DNA from: the human T2T-CHM13v2.0 reference genome, Homo sapiens
Assembly (NCBI RefSeq): GCF_009914755.1
Contig: NC_060930.1
DNA length: 64,000 bases
Direction: 5' to 3' (one strand)
The notes beneath the pieces were generated by a model. That model saw nothing but the letters and a program-made list of their open reading frames with translations, was not told the DNA's origin and did no database searches. Below, in pieces: positions 1 through 12,270 of this stretch. Within the stretch, counting starts at the first letter, position 1. Each line of letters starts with the position of its first letter. Position numbers and translations under genes: made by a program.

Positions 1-433
1 GGCCGTGCCGATGATGCTGAGAAGCAGCGTGCATGAAATAAAATAAAAACAGACAAGGCTATTCATTGGAGAAAATAGGAAGCTGTGCTCCCTTGTGCAC
101 AAATACCAGTCGTCAGGAGAAGTATTCTGTTGTATGAGCAGCGATTTGTGAGGGCCTGGGATTGTACATTTTAGAGATAACTGGGCTAAAGCTCTGTTGA
201 GAGCAGTGTCCTAATGCGGCTTCATGGCCAGCTGCACTGTGTTTTTGCGTCTTTTGTAATGTGTTTATTTTGTCAGTGACATTCCTCTCATAGTGTTTCT
301 AGATGAATGTTTGTTTTAACAAAAAACTTTGGGATGTGTGGCCATGTACCAGAATTTTTTCTTATTTTGCATAGTGTTAGTGTATTTGTATTTTGCTTTA
401 ATTGTTTATTTTCATTTCTTTCCTTTTCTGAAG

Positions 434-463
434 TCAACAGCTCTTTATACCACCTTTGATCAA
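434..463 (+). CDS. ERMARD: ERMARD coding exon (~exon 10, 30 nt): STALYTTFDQ
   Basis: Pyrimidine tract + aag acceptor; donor CAA|gtaagt; joins in frame (phase 0) to next exon; peptide matches recalled ERMARD sequence. Confidence 0.92.
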
Positions 464-1250
464 GTAAGTAAGTAAACTTGTAAGGTAACTTGAAACAAAC
501 AGAACGCTGTCTTCTTTTAAAATACAAATTAAAATGCAAAATTAAAGATCAGCCATAAATCATATACTTACAGGAAAATGTCCATAGTAATATAAACCAA
601 AAAAAGCTGATAATTGATATTTCCGGTTAATTTTGGGGCCCAGTGTTACCAATCTAGCTCCCAAAGCTATCCAAAGCTCAAAGTTGGAAAATACCAAGGG
701 ATCTAACATGATTAGCTATAATTATTTAGAGGCTTGCATTTTAGATTTAGGGGTGACATCTTTTTTGTACAGGAAATATTCCCCGCTACTGTTACAAGTG
801 TGTGGGATACATTGATTCATTTAATCTGCATGTTGGCGGTGTGAATAGTAGAAAACTCACAGTTGAAAATGCCTCTTGTCAGCCACGGAGCGCACAGGCA
901 TTTGTGTGCGTAACCCCGGGTAGCGTTCATGTGCACCTAAAGTGTGACGACAGCCTATGGGAAACCAAGGGAAGGGTCACCTGTAGAGGTCCGGACATTC
1001 GGTTTTGCCTTTAAGACAACTATTAGATCCTAAGCGACTGTGTTGTGGCTGAGTTAAAAATGTGCCTGTTTACTTGCAGAGCTTCTTCCATTAGGTGAAC
1101 AATCTGTTGTGATTTTAATGTGTAAGACCTTTGGTAATGTGAGGAATTGATTAGATAGTGCAGCCCAGTCTCTAGAGGATCAGATCTGTGGGATTGGTTG
1201 GGGTGGTTGGGCAAAGTCCATGGTGAGTTAAGAAATGACTTTGGAAGTGA

Positions 1251-1550
1251 CTCTAATGTGTACACAAACAACACACATGCACACACCACACATACATACA
1301 CACACGAACACATACCTCCATGCTGCATATACACACACAGGCATACACACACTCTAATGTGTACACAAACACACATGCACATACCACACATACACACACA
1401 CACATGAACACATACCTCCATGCCACACAGACACACACAGGCATACACATACTCTAATGTGTACACAACACACATGCACACACCACACACGAACTCACAC
1501 ATCCATGCCACATATACACACACAGGCATACACACATGCAGGCACATACA

Positions 1551-1585
<35 letters not shown>

Positions 1586-1695
1586 CACAGTTGCATATAA
1601 ACACACAAATGTACACACCCCCACACCACATATGCACATACACATATACACACCACACATATTCATAGTCACATACACAAACACACATGTGTATA
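1251..1695. repeat. CA-rich compound repeat: ~100-bp unit x3 plus (CA)n microsatellite
   Basis: ctctaatgtgtacacaa recurs at 1251, 1352 and 1452; pure (ca)n at ~1553-1582. Confidence 0.9.
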
Positions 1696-1904
1696 CAATT
1701 ATTAATATAGTCTTAAAGTCATTCTGTTGGTTAAGAAAATATTTCCTGAACACCTGTTTGCTGAATTTTAAAGACTGTCCATTTAATTTGCTTAGACCTT
1801 AGATAACAAGTTAGGCTAAAAGTACTATATCCATCAACTCTGAAAGTTCTGTATGTTTATGTATGGGGACCAGTTAACCAATGTATTTATTTTTGATGTT
1901 TTAG

Positions 1905-1973
1905 ATATTGGCAAAACACTTGAATGATGGTAAAATCAATCAGCTTCCTCTTTTCCTTGGAGAGCCTGCTATG
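1905..1973 (+). CDS. ERMARD: ERMARD coding exon (~exon 11, 69 nt): [23 protein letters not shown]
   Basis: ttttag acceptor; ATG|gtaagt donor; phase 0-0. Confidence 0.95.
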
Positions 1974-2277
1974 GTAAGTATTAGGTATTTTCCAGGCTAA
2001 TATTCTTGTATTTATGGATGTCGTCAGCACTTCTCTAAAATTAAATTAATTTTGGCTTGTGGTTTGCTCAAGAAAAATACTTCTGAAACATTGCTGTGCT
2101 GTCTCAGCTTCAGCCACCAATCAGCTGATGTTTGCCAAGCTGTCACTCCTTAAATGTGTTTTTTAAAGGCCTGATGATTTAGCTGCCCTGTCCCTAAGCA
2201 AAATTTGTATTTGTTTTTTACATGTATTTGTGCTGTAGAACGGACATATATTTGTGCCTTGTTAAATGCAACAGTTA

Positions 2278-2576
2278 GGCCGGGTGCGGTGGCTCATGCC
2301 TATAATCCTAGCACTTTGGGAGGCCAAGGCGGGCAGATCACAAGGTCAAGAGTTCAGTACCAGTCTGGTCAATATGTTGAAACCCCGTCTCTACTAAAAA
2401 TGCAAAAATTAGCTGGGTGCGGTGGCGGGCACCCACCTACTCCTGAGTCCCAGCTACTCAGGAGGCTGAGGCGAGGAAAATGGCTTGAACCCAGGAGGCA
2501 GAGGTTGCAGTGAGCTGAGATCCTGCCACTGCACTCCAGCCTGGGCAACAGAGCAAGACTCCGTCTGAAAATAAAA
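2278..2576 (+). mobile_element. Alu (AluS), full length
   Basis: ggccgggtgcggtggctcatgcc start, dimeric body; imperfect TSD aa(t/a)gcaacagt. Confidence 0.95.
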
Positions 2577-3341
2577 GCAACAGTCAAATGTGAGTAATAA
2601 GATTGAGTATTGGATGAAAAGAGGATCATTAATTGTTTAAGGCCATCTATCCATTTTTTTATATTTTATGAAGATATTTCGGTGACTAATTTGGACTACA
2701 ATAGGTATTTGACATTTATTCCTTCTAACAGTCAGGCGACCTAGAATCATGCTCATGTTCTGTGACTTTAGACTCCGTGCTCTGTGGACATCCATTTTTA
2801 CCATCAAAAAATAAGATGATTGAACTAGTTTAATGTTCTTTCCACCTTGAGTCTCTGTGATGCTTCTGACCATTGGCGGTTTGCCAAGGGCAGCAGTTTT
2901 CTGACCTCTTTTCCCTAAAACCTGTGGGAGAGGCCTTGGATTTGTGTCGTAAGAAGCAACAGACTTTTGAAGGTGAAAGAGCAGATGAGAAAGTGCAGGG
3001 GCTGTGCTCACACAAGAAAGAGCCGTGATTTCTTTTATTGCCTTGGAAAAGCTCATTTGCAAATGTTCACACTCAGTTCCCTTCCTTGGAGGAAGGTGAA
3101 AACAAGAAAGACTGGAATTTGATGAGGCTCCAGTACCACCTGGGCAGCTCTGCTTTCCCCACAGCCTCTCTGGCTCCCTGGTCTGTCCTGTGGGTGTAGG
3201 AGAAGAGCTCTCCCCAGCAGAGTCCCACCCAGGGCTTCAGAGGACTTGATGGATGCACTCTTTCCTTCTATTCAGCAACACCAGGCACGTCTCTCTGCTG
3301 CGGATACTAACAAAATATTTTCTCTGTTTAATTTCTGAAAG

Positions 3342-3515
3342 GAATTTCTCTGGGATTTCCTGAACCATCAGGAGGGTCCCCGCATAAGAGATCATTTAAG
3401 CCACGGGGAGATCAACTTACATGAATTTTCAAAAGAAACAACTAATCAGTTGCTTGCATTTTCTCTTGTACTGCTACTCAGATTCGTTGATGACTGTCTG
3501 CTATCAGTTTTTAAG
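3342..3515 (+). CDS. ERMARD: ERMARD coding exon (~exon 12, 174 nt): [23 protein letters not shown]...DCLLSVFK; contains R-x4-H motif
   Basis: ctgaaag acceptor; AAG|gtaatt donor; 58 open codons, phase 0-0. Confidence 0.95.
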
Positions 3516-3929
3516 GTAATTTATGGGGAAGAAAATCATTAATTAGATTAACTCATTCAGCTATGAAAATATAGTTTATTTTTCAAATGTAATTAACTGT
3601 TAATCATCTTTTAATATATCTGAGTTACAGTATCCTCCATCAGAAAAAAAAGTGAATGGATTACATGTATGTTTATATTCTCTATCACAGATCAATCAAT
3701 ATTAATCTCAGCTAAAATAATTTAACTCGTTTCTTAAAAACACATTTGCTTTTGTATGTAACAGCAGCTAAGTATTGAAAAGGAAAGAACAAATTATAAA
3801 ACAGGATTAACCAAATATTAGGAAATTTTTACAGATATTTGCTAAATCGATGGGGTAGGATATTTGCATCATCAATAAACTCTTTTATTTCAAAGTAAAT
3901 AATTTAGGATAGAACATTTGTTATTTATA

Positions 3930-4754
<825 letters not shown>

Positions 4755-4865
4755 TGATTTTTTTTTCTCTTTGGCTTCACATTTGGAGTCATTCTGAAAA
4801 GAATCTTTGCTTTTCAAAATTAAAAATATATGTATACATTTTCTCTGATACTTCTATTTTTTCTT

Positions 4866-5185
4866 TTTTCTTTTCTTTCTTTTTTTTTTTGTTTTTTTTT
4901 TATTGAGACGGAGTCTTGCTCTGTCGCCCAGGCTGGAGTGCAGTGGCGTGATCTCAGCTCACTGCAACCTCTGCCTCCCGAGTTCAAGCAGTTCTCTGCC
5001 TCAGCCTCCTGAGTAGCTGGGATTACAGGCGCCCGCCACCACGCCCAGCTAATTTTTTTCTATTTTTAGTAGAGACGGGGTTTCATCATGTTGGCCAGAC
5101 TGGTCTTGAACTCCTGACCTTGTGATCCACCCGCCTCGGCCTCCCAAAGTGCTGGGATTACAGGCATGAGCCGCCGTGCCCTGCC
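4866..5185 (-). mobile_element. Alu (AluS), full length, antisense to ERMARD
   Basis: Complete reverse-complement Alu; TSD tattttttctt on both sides. Confidence 0.95.
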
Positions 5186-5459
5186 TATTTTTTCTTCATT
5201 TTCCATTTACGTCTTTTGATCCAACTGGAATTTATTTCATCTTGGGAGTAAGGTACAGAATCTAGCTTTACTTTTAAAAAAATTAATAGTTATTATTCTG
5301 TGTAAACTTGGACAAACATACAACCCAAAAAACAAATAAGAATGAGGCCCTCGTGGATTGAGTTAGGGATAATTGACATTTTTCACAATATTGAAGCTTA
5401 TTCAGGGACACAGGTTCTCCCCATCTTCATTCCTCAAGTCCTCCCGTGTACGCGGCACC

Positions 5460-6050
5460 TCCAGCCTCCTAGGTGGCTGCTCAGGCGGGAAGCCTTAGAT
5501 TCCTCTCTTCGCTTCATACTCAGTCCTTGGAACAGGTCTTAGAAATATGTTCCACAGTCCAGGCGCGGTGGCTCACACCTGTAATCCCAGCACTTTGGGA
5601 GGCCGAGGCGGGCGGATCACCTGAGGTCAGAAGTTCGAGACCAGCCTGGTCAACATGGTGAAACCCTGTCTCTAATAAAAATACAAAAATTAACCGGGCG
5701 TGGTGGCGGGTGCCTGTAGTCCTGAGAATAGCTTGAACACGGAAGGCACATGTTGCAGTGAGCCGAGATTGTGCCACTGCACTCCAGCCTGAATGACAGA
5801 GCAACACTCCGTCTCAGAAAAATAAAGAGAACAAAAAAAGAAATATGTTCCACATCTGCTACTCCCTGTCCCTCCTGTGCCACCACCTGGCCATGCCGCC
5901 TTGGCCCCTCCCTGGAGTGTTGCTGGCACTGACTGGTCTGCCCACCGACTTCTGCGAGCCCTTCACCTTGTCGTAACACAGCAGCCAGACTGATCCTTTT
6001 ACCAACATGTCTTCCTTCTCCTCGGAAGCCCTCGGATGGGTTCACATCTT
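5460..6050 (+). mobile_element. L2 fragment interrupted by the Alu at 5557-5838
   Basis: L2-like motifs (ccaccacctgg, actggtctgcc, aacacagcagccagactgatcctttt) flank the Alu. Confidence 0.55.
5557..5838 (+). mobile_element. Alu (AluSx-like) with ~24-nt internal deletion
   Basis: Perfect 16-bp TSD agaaatatgttccaca (5541-5556, 5839-5854); cagctactcgggaggctgaggcag segment missing. Confidence 0.95.
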
Positions 6051-6286
6051 GGAACAGAAGCCAGGTGCTCTTCAGTGGCACACATATGCTGCGTGTGTGT
6101 CTGCCCTGCGGGGACGTCACCCATGCAGGCACATGAGTGTACCTCCCGTTTTCTGCCCAGCACACTCCCTGGTGCACTCCAGGCTCTTACACACCTGAGT
6201 GACGGGAAGGCCAGCACATTTCTTCTGTAGTTAACATCTAGCTACTTGAGTTGTTTGTTTTGTGCTTTTAAGAATTGTAGGTAGTG

Positions 6287-6603
<317 letters not shown>

Positions 6604-7121
6604 TTACAGATTTTTTAATTTGTCAGCTATCAATTCACTGACTTTGTTTCTCATAGGTTTTAGTTGGCTGACTTGGATTTTTAAGTTATTTTTAAGTTAT
6701 ATCAGCTGCAAATAATGTAATTTTTATGCTTTTTAAAATATGTATATGCTTGGCAATTAAATGTTTATGCGATCCTTTTTTTAGTTGTATTCATTTTTAG
6801 TGTTTAAGTAACTATTTCCTAGTTACATTTCCAATTGTTTGGAATCTTTTTTTTCTTATTCGTCTCCAGTTTTGTGCACAGAGGGTGGGTGTGGCATTTG
6901 TGATCTATTATTGTTAATGGCCTCCATTTAAAATCATTTTATTGGCTGTCATTTGCCTGCCATGTCAAGCCTATTTTAATGAAGCACTTGCTTTTCTAGC
7001 TGCATAGAATTATTTGAAGAAAGATAATGAGAAATGGGGACTCTAAGTGGCCTACAGTTCAATAGAAGAAAGCTAAAAGCCCACCCAAACATGATAGTAA
7101 CCACTGTTTTCTCTGCACTAG

Positions 7122-7205
7122 GAAAAATCAGCCGTAGAATTGTTGATTAGTCTTGCAGAAGGCTATAGTTCTCGCTGTCATCCGGTTTTTCAGCTTAAAA
7201 AACAG
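7122..7205 (+). CDS. ERMARD: ERMARD coding exon (~exon 13, 84 nt): [28 protein letters not shown]
   Basis: ttttctctgcactag acceptor; CAG|gtatgc donor; overlaps ORF 7140..7334. Confidence 0.95.
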
Positions 7206-7856
7206 GTATGCCAAATGCAGGGTCCCGGGAGGGGCGTGTATGTCTCTGAAACCACCTGTCTTCTGCAGAGATGCTGGAAGGGTGCAGTTTGCTTGCTGAG
7301 TCAGACTTTGAGTTGGGCAGATCCAGCTTTTTAACCAGTGCGGGGCCTGCTGTGGCGCTGGCCTGGTTGCTCAGTCTTCTGAGTCTCAAGTTCCGTGTCT
7401 AGCAGTTGAAAGTAATGCGGTGCTGACGGCACTGAGGTTTTTAGTGTTAAATGGATGAGCACTGGGAAGTGTTTTTGCTGAGTCCCCTGGCAGGCTGTTA
7501 TTGCTGTCAGCAGTAACGCAGAGCTAGGAGCAGTTTTTATTTGTCAGTGGTGAGTAACGTCAGTTTTTCTTCTACACGGACTAGCTTTTGTTAACTTACT
7601 GAGACAAACAATTTTTTAAGCGTTTCTGCCAGGAGGCTCCAATTTGGAAATCAGCTAAGGTGCTTTATTCTACATACGGGAGGATACAAGGGTAGTGCAA
7701 GGGGATGAAAGAGACAGTCCCCAAGAATATAAGCATCATGACAGTTGTGCAGGTGAAAATTGATAAATGAGATTACCTCTAAAAGGAAGCTGTAAAATCA
7801 ACACACGGCGGGTCAGGAGAGATTTGCAAAGGCATTTTAAAGAAACGGTGCCTAGA

Positions 7857-8013
7857 GGCTGGGCGCAGTGTCTCACGCCTGTAATCCCAGCACTTTGGGA
7901 GGCCGAGGCGGGCGGATCACAACGTCAGGAGATCGAGACCATCCTGGCTAACACAGTGAAACCCCATCTCTACTAAAAATACAAAAATTAGCCGGGCGTG
8001 ATGGCAGGTGCCT
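7857..8013 (+). mobile_element. 3'-truncated AluY-type element
   Basis: gagatcgagaccatcctggctaacac diagnostic; homology stops at ggtgcct, no tail. Confidence 0.9.
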
Positions 8014-9071
8014 TGAGAAGTCTGAGGCCTCCTTGAGAATGCCTTAAGGAAAATACGGTCAGAAGGGGGTTGTCAGCAGTGAAGTTGGGAAAACAGCCTT
8101 CTGGAGGTGTGGCTTGGAGGCAGAGCATCGGGCTGTGCTGGTCAGATGCCATTCCCCGTTGGCGCTGTGGACCAGCTTTACCAGTGGGGATGCCGTGCTT
8201 TCCAAGAGCAAGCCCTTACGAAGGTGGAGGTGGGCAGGTAGGGAGGAGGGAAGATTTAGGAAGGAAGAGGAGCTTCAAGAAGGCAGCCTTTGTCTTCTAA
8301 CCAGAGCCACTGAGACTCCAGGCCATCCTCTGCTGTGCCCCATGGTGGCTATTTTGGGTACTTACCACTTCCTGTCCCCCTCCTGGCATCTCACAGGTAT
8401 TCAGGCAGCTTTGCATCCTGGGCTTCCGTTATTCCTGCTGTTGATACCACCCACGCTCACTGGTGTCAGCAGCCACCGTTGTACTTGCTCATACGCTAGT
8501 GGGTTAGAAATGGGGAGCATCTGCCGAGGGATCTGTCTTGTGGCCTGACCTGGGCGTTGATGGCTGTGGTCCCCCAGGGCTTCGTGGGTGTCCCATCTGA
8601 GAAGGCTGGAAGTTGGCCAGGGGCTTCATGGGGGTCCTGCAGGGACAGTCCCAAGTGACAGCTGCTGCACCTCGAGTGCGGCCTGAACTGGAGAGGCACC
8701 TGCACCTCTGACATGGCTTTGGATGCTGCACAGCATCGTCACACCTGCTGTGTTCTGTTGGTTCCAGGCCAGTCGCCAGAGCTCGTGCAGATTTGGTGGG
8801 GGCCTCCCTCTCAATGGCAGGTGTCCAAAGAACCTGTGGACATGGTCATAGCCACCCCAGACGTTCACTCCCTTCCAATCCACTGGTAGTTTCCGCAGCC
8901 TTCCCCCATCTGAATGTACTGAAGAACTGACACCCACCATCTGGTTTTAAAATGTTTAGAATTTGTAATAATTTACGTATTTTCTAGAGAGTGATGTAAC
9001 ATCCATAAAAACACAGATTTTCTAGGAAGTTACTGTGAAATCTACAAAAGCAATAAAACATTTCCTCCCAG

Positions 9072-9148
9072 GTGCTGAGCTGTGAGGAGAGCATCAGGGT
9101 TTGGGCTCTGCTGCCTTTCCCCGAAGAACTCACTCGGCAAGCCGTCAG
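9072..9148 (+). CDS. ERMARD: ERMARD coding exon (~exon 14, 77 nt): VLSCEESIRVWALLPFPEELTRQAV(R)
   Basis: tttcctcccag acceptor; CAG|gtgcgt donor; phase 0-2. Confidence 0.95.
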
Positions 9149-9741
9149 GTGCGTGGCATCCTGGGGCCTGGCTGACCTCAAGCTTGTCTGGTACTATTAG
9201 TTTCAGCAGCATTTCTTCTTTAACGAGGCTGTGGGAAGATAAAAGGGGAAGGAGGAATTTCTGGGCCTTGGTGGCTGATGCAGGCTGTGGGGAGCTGGAA
9301 GTGTCGCTGAATGCGATCTTCCAACTGGCATGGGGCCCTGGTGGAGACTGAACATGGAACGAGAGGCAGGTTTTGTGGGTAGACAGTGGCGTCCATGAGA
9401 AGTACCCTGAGTAGATAGGAAGAAAGATGGGTCTGAAGCTCAGGAGAGAAGTAGGGATGGAGACATAAATTCTGGAATCGTAAACAACAGCAGACATCCT
9501 TGTTCAGCAGGAAGAATACGCAGGTGGTTCATCGTCTCGTCGTCACTGGACTTTGCTCTTGGCATATGGCATCGTTTGTTTCTCCACTGTATTGTCATGG
9601 TGGCTTTTTCCATTTTATATTTGAGGAAAGTGAGATTCACAGTCAGGTCGCTGCTCAGTGAACCATTGAACATTCTTGTGCACAGGCACTGATGTGAGCA
9701 CTTTAATTGTCACGTATCTTTAAATATTTTCTGTTTTTCAG

Positions 9742-9867
9742 ATTAGAAGATAATTCTGAAACAAATGCCTGCCACTCTTTGATTACAAAAATGACGGATG
9801 AGCTGTATCACCATATGCCTGAGAATCGTTGTGTGTTAAAGGACTTGGATCGTCTTCCTACTGAGAC
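9742..9867 (+). CDS. ERMARD: ERMARD coding exon (~exon 15, 126 nt): LEDNSETNACHSLITKMTDELYHHMPENRCVLKDLDRLPTE(T)
   Basis: ctgtttttcag acceptor; GAC|gtaagt donor; phase 2-2. Confidence 0.95.
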
Positions 9868-10135
9868 GTAAGTTCCAGGACATCCTGACAACTGTTGAAA
9901 CATTGATTCAGCAGATTAGCATAGCAAACTTAGCATTTTCTATGTTTTAGATTTTATAAACTTGGTAGTAGTCTTAGAATCCCACTGTTACTGCTCCAGG
10001 AGGAATTATGAGATAAGTTTTGACAATCTCTGTGCAAGCTTGGCACATCTGATGAGGCTGTGAATGCCACATTCTGTTTGCCACAATTCAGTGTGTTTAG
10101 TTAACACTTGCCACGTGTCACGGTTGTCCCTGCAG

Positions 10136-10213
10136 ACCAACCAGCGATACGCCGCTAGCCCTGGCTCCCAGAGAGCCGCAGCCTTGCAGGTGCAGAAGGA
10201 GAGTGAGGCCCAG
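10136..10213 (+). CDS. ERMARD: Candidate alternative ERMARD exon (78 nt): (T)[25 protein letters not shown](S); probably mutually exclusive with 10257-10475
   Basis: ttgtccctgcag acceptor; CAG|gtgagg donor; phase 2-2 and stop-free in the ERMARD frame; only 43 nt from the next acceptor. Confidence 0.6.
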
Positions 10214-10256
10214 GTGAGGATCATGATGCCTGCTCCAAGTCTGGCTCTGTTTGCAG

Positions 10257-10475
10257 GTGGCCCCAGCTTCTCCGTGAGCTCTGCAGCACACCTGTTCCCA
10301 CCCTGTTCTGCCCCAGGATTGTGCTGGAAGTGCTGGTTGTGCTCCGAAGCATTGGCGAACAGTGCCGCCGTGTGTCCAGCCAGGTCACCGTTGCCTCAGA
10401 GCTGAGACACAGGCAGTGGGTGGAAAGGACGCTGCGGTCTCGCCAGCGGCAGAACTACCTGCGTATGTGGAGTAG
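10257..10475 (+). CDS. ERMARD: ERMARD coding exon (~exon 16, 219 nt): [35 protein letters not shown]...QNYLRMWS(S)
   Basis: ctctgtttgcag acceptor; TAG|gtgcgc donor; overlaps ORF 10321..10569; phase 2-2. Confidence 0.95.
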
Positions 10476-10563
10476 GTGCGCGCTCACTTTCCTGTTTTGG
10501 AGGGGCACTGTGGGGCAGGAAGTTGTCACAGATGCAGTTCTAGTCCTCACTTTCAGACACACA

Positions 10564-12070
10564 CAGTAGCCCCTCACTGAACCCCATTGACAGGTGTTGA
10601 TATACTTGGAGTCCACAACTGAGTGTGAACCCAAAGTATCTGAGACAGGTCTCAATCCAGTTAGAAAGTTTACTTTCCCAGGGTTAAGGACATGCTGTGA
10701 CAGCCTCAGGAGGCCCTGACGGCATGTACCCCAGGTACTTGGGGCGAAGTTTGCTTTTACACATTTTAGGGAGACATAAGACATCAGTCCGCAGGTGTAA
10801 GGTGTACATTGGTTCCATCTGGAAAGGCGGGAAAATACAAAGGTGGGGGCCTTCCAGGTTATAGGTAGACAGGAGACAAAGGATTGCATTGTTTTGAGTC
10901 TTTGATGAGCCTTTCGGTGAATACACAATTTACTTGTGAGTGGGGGTAGAGAAATAGTCACTTAGACCTTAGTGTGGCTCAGTGAAGCTGCATTTTACAT
11001 AGGGCAGAGGAAGCAATCATATAGGCATTTGTCTCAGGTGAGCTGGGGGATGACTTCCTGTCCCACACCTGGGAAGATCAGCTAGCAACTACATTGCCAG
11101 GGTGAAATTCAGCAGAACTCTTTCAGGGTAAAGATCTTGAGGCCCATGAGGAATTTCCTTGTGGACAAATTATGAGGGAGGTCTGTATGTAGCTTTTTTC
11201 TCTTTGTAGCCACCTTATTTAGGAATAAAATGGGAGGCAGGTTTGCCTGAGGCAGTTCCCAGCTTGGCTTTTCCCTTTGGCTTAGTGAGTTTGGGGTCCT
11301 GAGATTTATTTTCTTTTCATGATAGAAACAAAAGTTAAGTTCCCACAGCATGTTTCTGGTCATACAAATATTACCAAGCTTCTAAATGAAGACCCAAAAC
11401 ACTTACAATGTTAAACATTGAGGTATATATGAACTCTATGGACATTTAATAAAGATGAATTAAAAACAAGTGAGATAACCACTCAGTGTTTGGTGAGGCA
11501 GTGAGTGATGGCAGTCCAGGTGGTGGTTAAATGAGGCAATAATGTTTGCAGAGCAAGACCTCCCCAGGCCTGCCCCCCTTCCCCCCACCCACAGCTCCAG
11601 CGCCAACAGGAACAAATGTGTGGGTCACTGAGCACTTTTGTATCTGTCACTTACTGTCGAGCACTTGTATGATTATGGTAGACTTTACAAGTTCTTATAA
11701 TTTGTATTCATTCATTCATTCATTTTCCAACGTGCTTATTCCAGTTCAGGGTCAGGGTTGTGGGTGGCTGGAGCCTATCCCGGCTGCTCTGGGTACAAGG
11801 CAGGACCCACCCTGGACAGGACGCGTTTCCGTCGCAGGACGAGTCACACACCCACACTCACTCTGGGACCATGGAGATGCGCCAGTTCACCTAACGTGCA
11901 CGGCTCTGGGATGTGGAGGGGACTGGGGGACAGGAGAAAACCCATGCCGAACCCATAACGAATGTGCTTCTCCACACGGGCAGTGGCCCTCCTGGGGCAT
12001 CCATTTCTTTTCTCACTGATGTTGTGACGAAACAATGTTGAATGAAATGATGTTATTTGAGGACTTCCTG
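10564..12070 (-). mobile_element. MER6 (TcMar-Tigger DNA transposon) interrupted by an LTR
   Basis: Termini cagtagcccctcactgaac and ttatttgaggacttcctg; internal ggagcctatccc...ccctggacaggacg domain matches recalled MER6 consensus. Confidence 0.75.
10624..11319 (-). mobile_element. MER4A-family ERV1 solo LTR
   Basis: Reverse strand begins tgaaaagaaaataaatctcaggaccccaaactcactaagccaaaggg and ends ggttcaca; homologous to LTRs at 52408 and 54870. Confidence 0.85.
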
Positions 12071-12163
12071 TGCTGATTTTCATAGAAAGTTGTAGTACAT
12101 ACTATTTTAAATATTGTTTGTAATTTGGGCATGTGGAAATGTGGGTTCTATCTATCTAAATGA

Positions 12164-12270
12164 ATATTTGGATTTAAAATATAACAGCAGATTAACGTGA
12201 TTAACAGCAGATTATATTTGGATTTAAAATATAACAGCAGATTAACTTGATTAACAGCAGATTAACAGCA
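12164..12270. repeat. 50-bp tandem duplication
   Basis: atatttggatttaaaatataacagcagattaac(g/t)tgattaacagcagatt at 12164 and 12214. Confidence 0.9.

Noticed and set aside
1023-1802. CV-rich and HT-rich ORFs
   Set aside because: Translation of (CA/TG)n sequence
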